A DNA stretch of 64,000 nucleotides from Eledone cirrhosa (Eukaryota), in assembly GCA_964016885.1 (NCBI GenBank), contig OZ024743.1:361274001-361338000 (forward strand). Direction: 5' to 3'. Both the position numbers and the translations under genes were made by a program. The stretch's first letter is position 1; every line of letters starts with the position of its first letter. This document shows positions 62,371 through 64,000 of the stretch, in pieces. The notes under the pieces were generated by a model. It worked only from the letters and a program-made list of their open reading frames with translations. It did no database searches and had not been told where the DNA came from.

Positions 62371-63053
62371 TCGTTTCTGAATTTGTTTAGCAAGATTCTT
62401 TATCTGAAATCGTGTGTTGAAACCGATATTGTTATACTTTGGGAGGGTCATGTTGCCAATAAGAAACACACGCACCAGTCGCTTTCACTTCAATTTATTA
62501 TATATTTATAAATTTATAAATTTACAAATCTATTGGCAACATGACCCTCCCAAAGTATAACAATATCGGTTTCAACACACGATTTCAGAGAAAGAATCTT
62601 GCTAAACAAATTCAGAAACGAAATATCGTAAGCCTTAGCCAGGCTAACAAGATACTGAAAACCACCATGTTCTGTTGTCTACGAAAAACCATAACATCTC
62701 GACAACTATCCTTCATAAAGCTGTGCGCCACTTCCAGAATCTACACCAACACCATCAATACCGACGTTAGAAGATTACAACTCACCAAAAAACAAGCAGA
62801 TAGACTAAAACGAACTTTAATTCTAAACATAAAAAAGAAGATCTATAGAGAATTAAGTCATCAAGAAAAACAAAAGCGTAACCTAATACAAGAATTAGCT
62901 AGAATCACCACACCAACAGAGAAACTAATATTTATAAGCCTTATACGCCCCGAAGAACAGTACATTACTCAAGAATGTGATAGGCACTTTAACAGGAAAC
63001 TAAAGTGGCTTAAACTTAAAGCTAAATCAGGATACTATAGAGTATACCAATAG
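62371..63053 (+). mobile_element. 5' end of a Penelope/Poseidon-like PLE with inverted leader; N-terminal ORF 62541-63053
   Basis: 62371-62461 mirrors 62531-62622; RQLSFIKLC...RKLKWLK basic helical N-terminus; same leader at 422-487, 5052 and 5567. Confidence 0.6.
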
Positions 63054-63152
63054 ATATCCCGACAAAATTGACGGTATCAACATGGCCGACACCTCATTAT
63101 CAGAAGAGTTCAACAACAAAAACACCAACATTTATGGGAACGCAAAAATAGA

Positions 63153-63342
63153 TAATTGTTTCTACTATTGGCACAAGGCCAGAAATTACCCAGTACATTA
63201 CTGGTACTTTATTTTATCGACCCCGTAAGGATGAAAGGCAAAGTTAACCTCGGCGGGATTTGAACTCAGAATAGCAAGGGCCGTAACTCTATGCATCAAA
63301 GCATGGCGTCCGACCCTCTACCGATACTGCCAATCCACCGCC
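63153..63342 (-). mobile_element. Full-length main SINE
   Basis: Reverse complement of 51428-51617. Confidence 0.9.
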
Positions 63343-63464
63343 ATAGATAATGATGAAATGTCTGTGTTATGTCTGCCGCCCAAATTTGCGACTTTCAAGA
63401 AGGTAAATATGATTAGTTGTCTGTTAGAAATAGAAAAATCATTTACAAAACTACGCTGGAGCAT

Positions 63465-63775
63465 CAAAAACAAAAGCAACAATATACGCACACACATATA
63501 CAACACACATCCCAACAACAACAGACACACAGACACAAACAACAATAACAACAACACACACATCAACAACAACAACAATAGCAACATACCCAGAAACAAC
63601 AACAACAGACACGCAGACACAAACAACAATAACAACACACACAACAACGATAACACACACGGAGACAACAACAACACACGTCAACAACAGCATACATCAA
63701 CAACAACAACACACACGCATTCAATGCCTCTCACCACCACCACAATCTTAACAAACACACAGACACAGAAAACAA
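63465..63775. repeat. Low-complexity (AAC/AC)-rich tract
   Basis: Runs of AACAAC and ACAC. Confidence 0.7.
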
Positions 63776-64000
63776 GTAATGACAGTAGCACAGAAATCAG
63801 AGAAATAAGGGAAAGTAATAAGATTAAAAGGAAAAGGAGATGGGAGACTAAGGACAAAGAGAATAACCAAGACGAACACACAGACACACAAAATAGGGTA
63901 GATAACAACATTGAGCCAGTGGAAAGAGACAGGAGTAATTATGAGAGACATAGAAACAACCATGAGGCTGTCGGTGGAAATAGAAATAGAAACAACACAA

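Overview
Eukaryotic, AT-rich, repeat-saturated DNA with no recognisable host gene. The abundant tRNA-derived SINE and the (TA)n/(CA)n load suggest an octopod cephalopod (inference). Almost all of the ORF track is translated microsatellite. Real coding content is transposon-derived: a young, near-intact Penelope-like element (PLE; Neptune-type RT + GIY-YIG, 25341-32100), older PLE remnants, CR1-group, RTE and R4-like LINE fragments, a mariner remnant, a non-autonomous Helitron and SINEs. Three things stand out. (1) There are about 25 type I hammerhead ribozyme (HHR) motifs, read by eye, in roughly ten sequence families, about 14 with a complete core. Several families carry a U3-A8 compensatory core (TTGANAA instead of CTGANGA), most have palindromic stem III, and some sit in ORF-less 422/472/593-bp tandem units that look like retrozymes. 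(2) The young PLE has a separate coiled-coil ORF1 joined to the RT-EN frame by an in-frame U-UUU-UUA -1 slippery site. (3) A ~19-kb strand-polarised (TA)n-GG array serves as a nested landing pad for these elements. RNA folds were assigned manually; nothing was tested computationally or experimentally.
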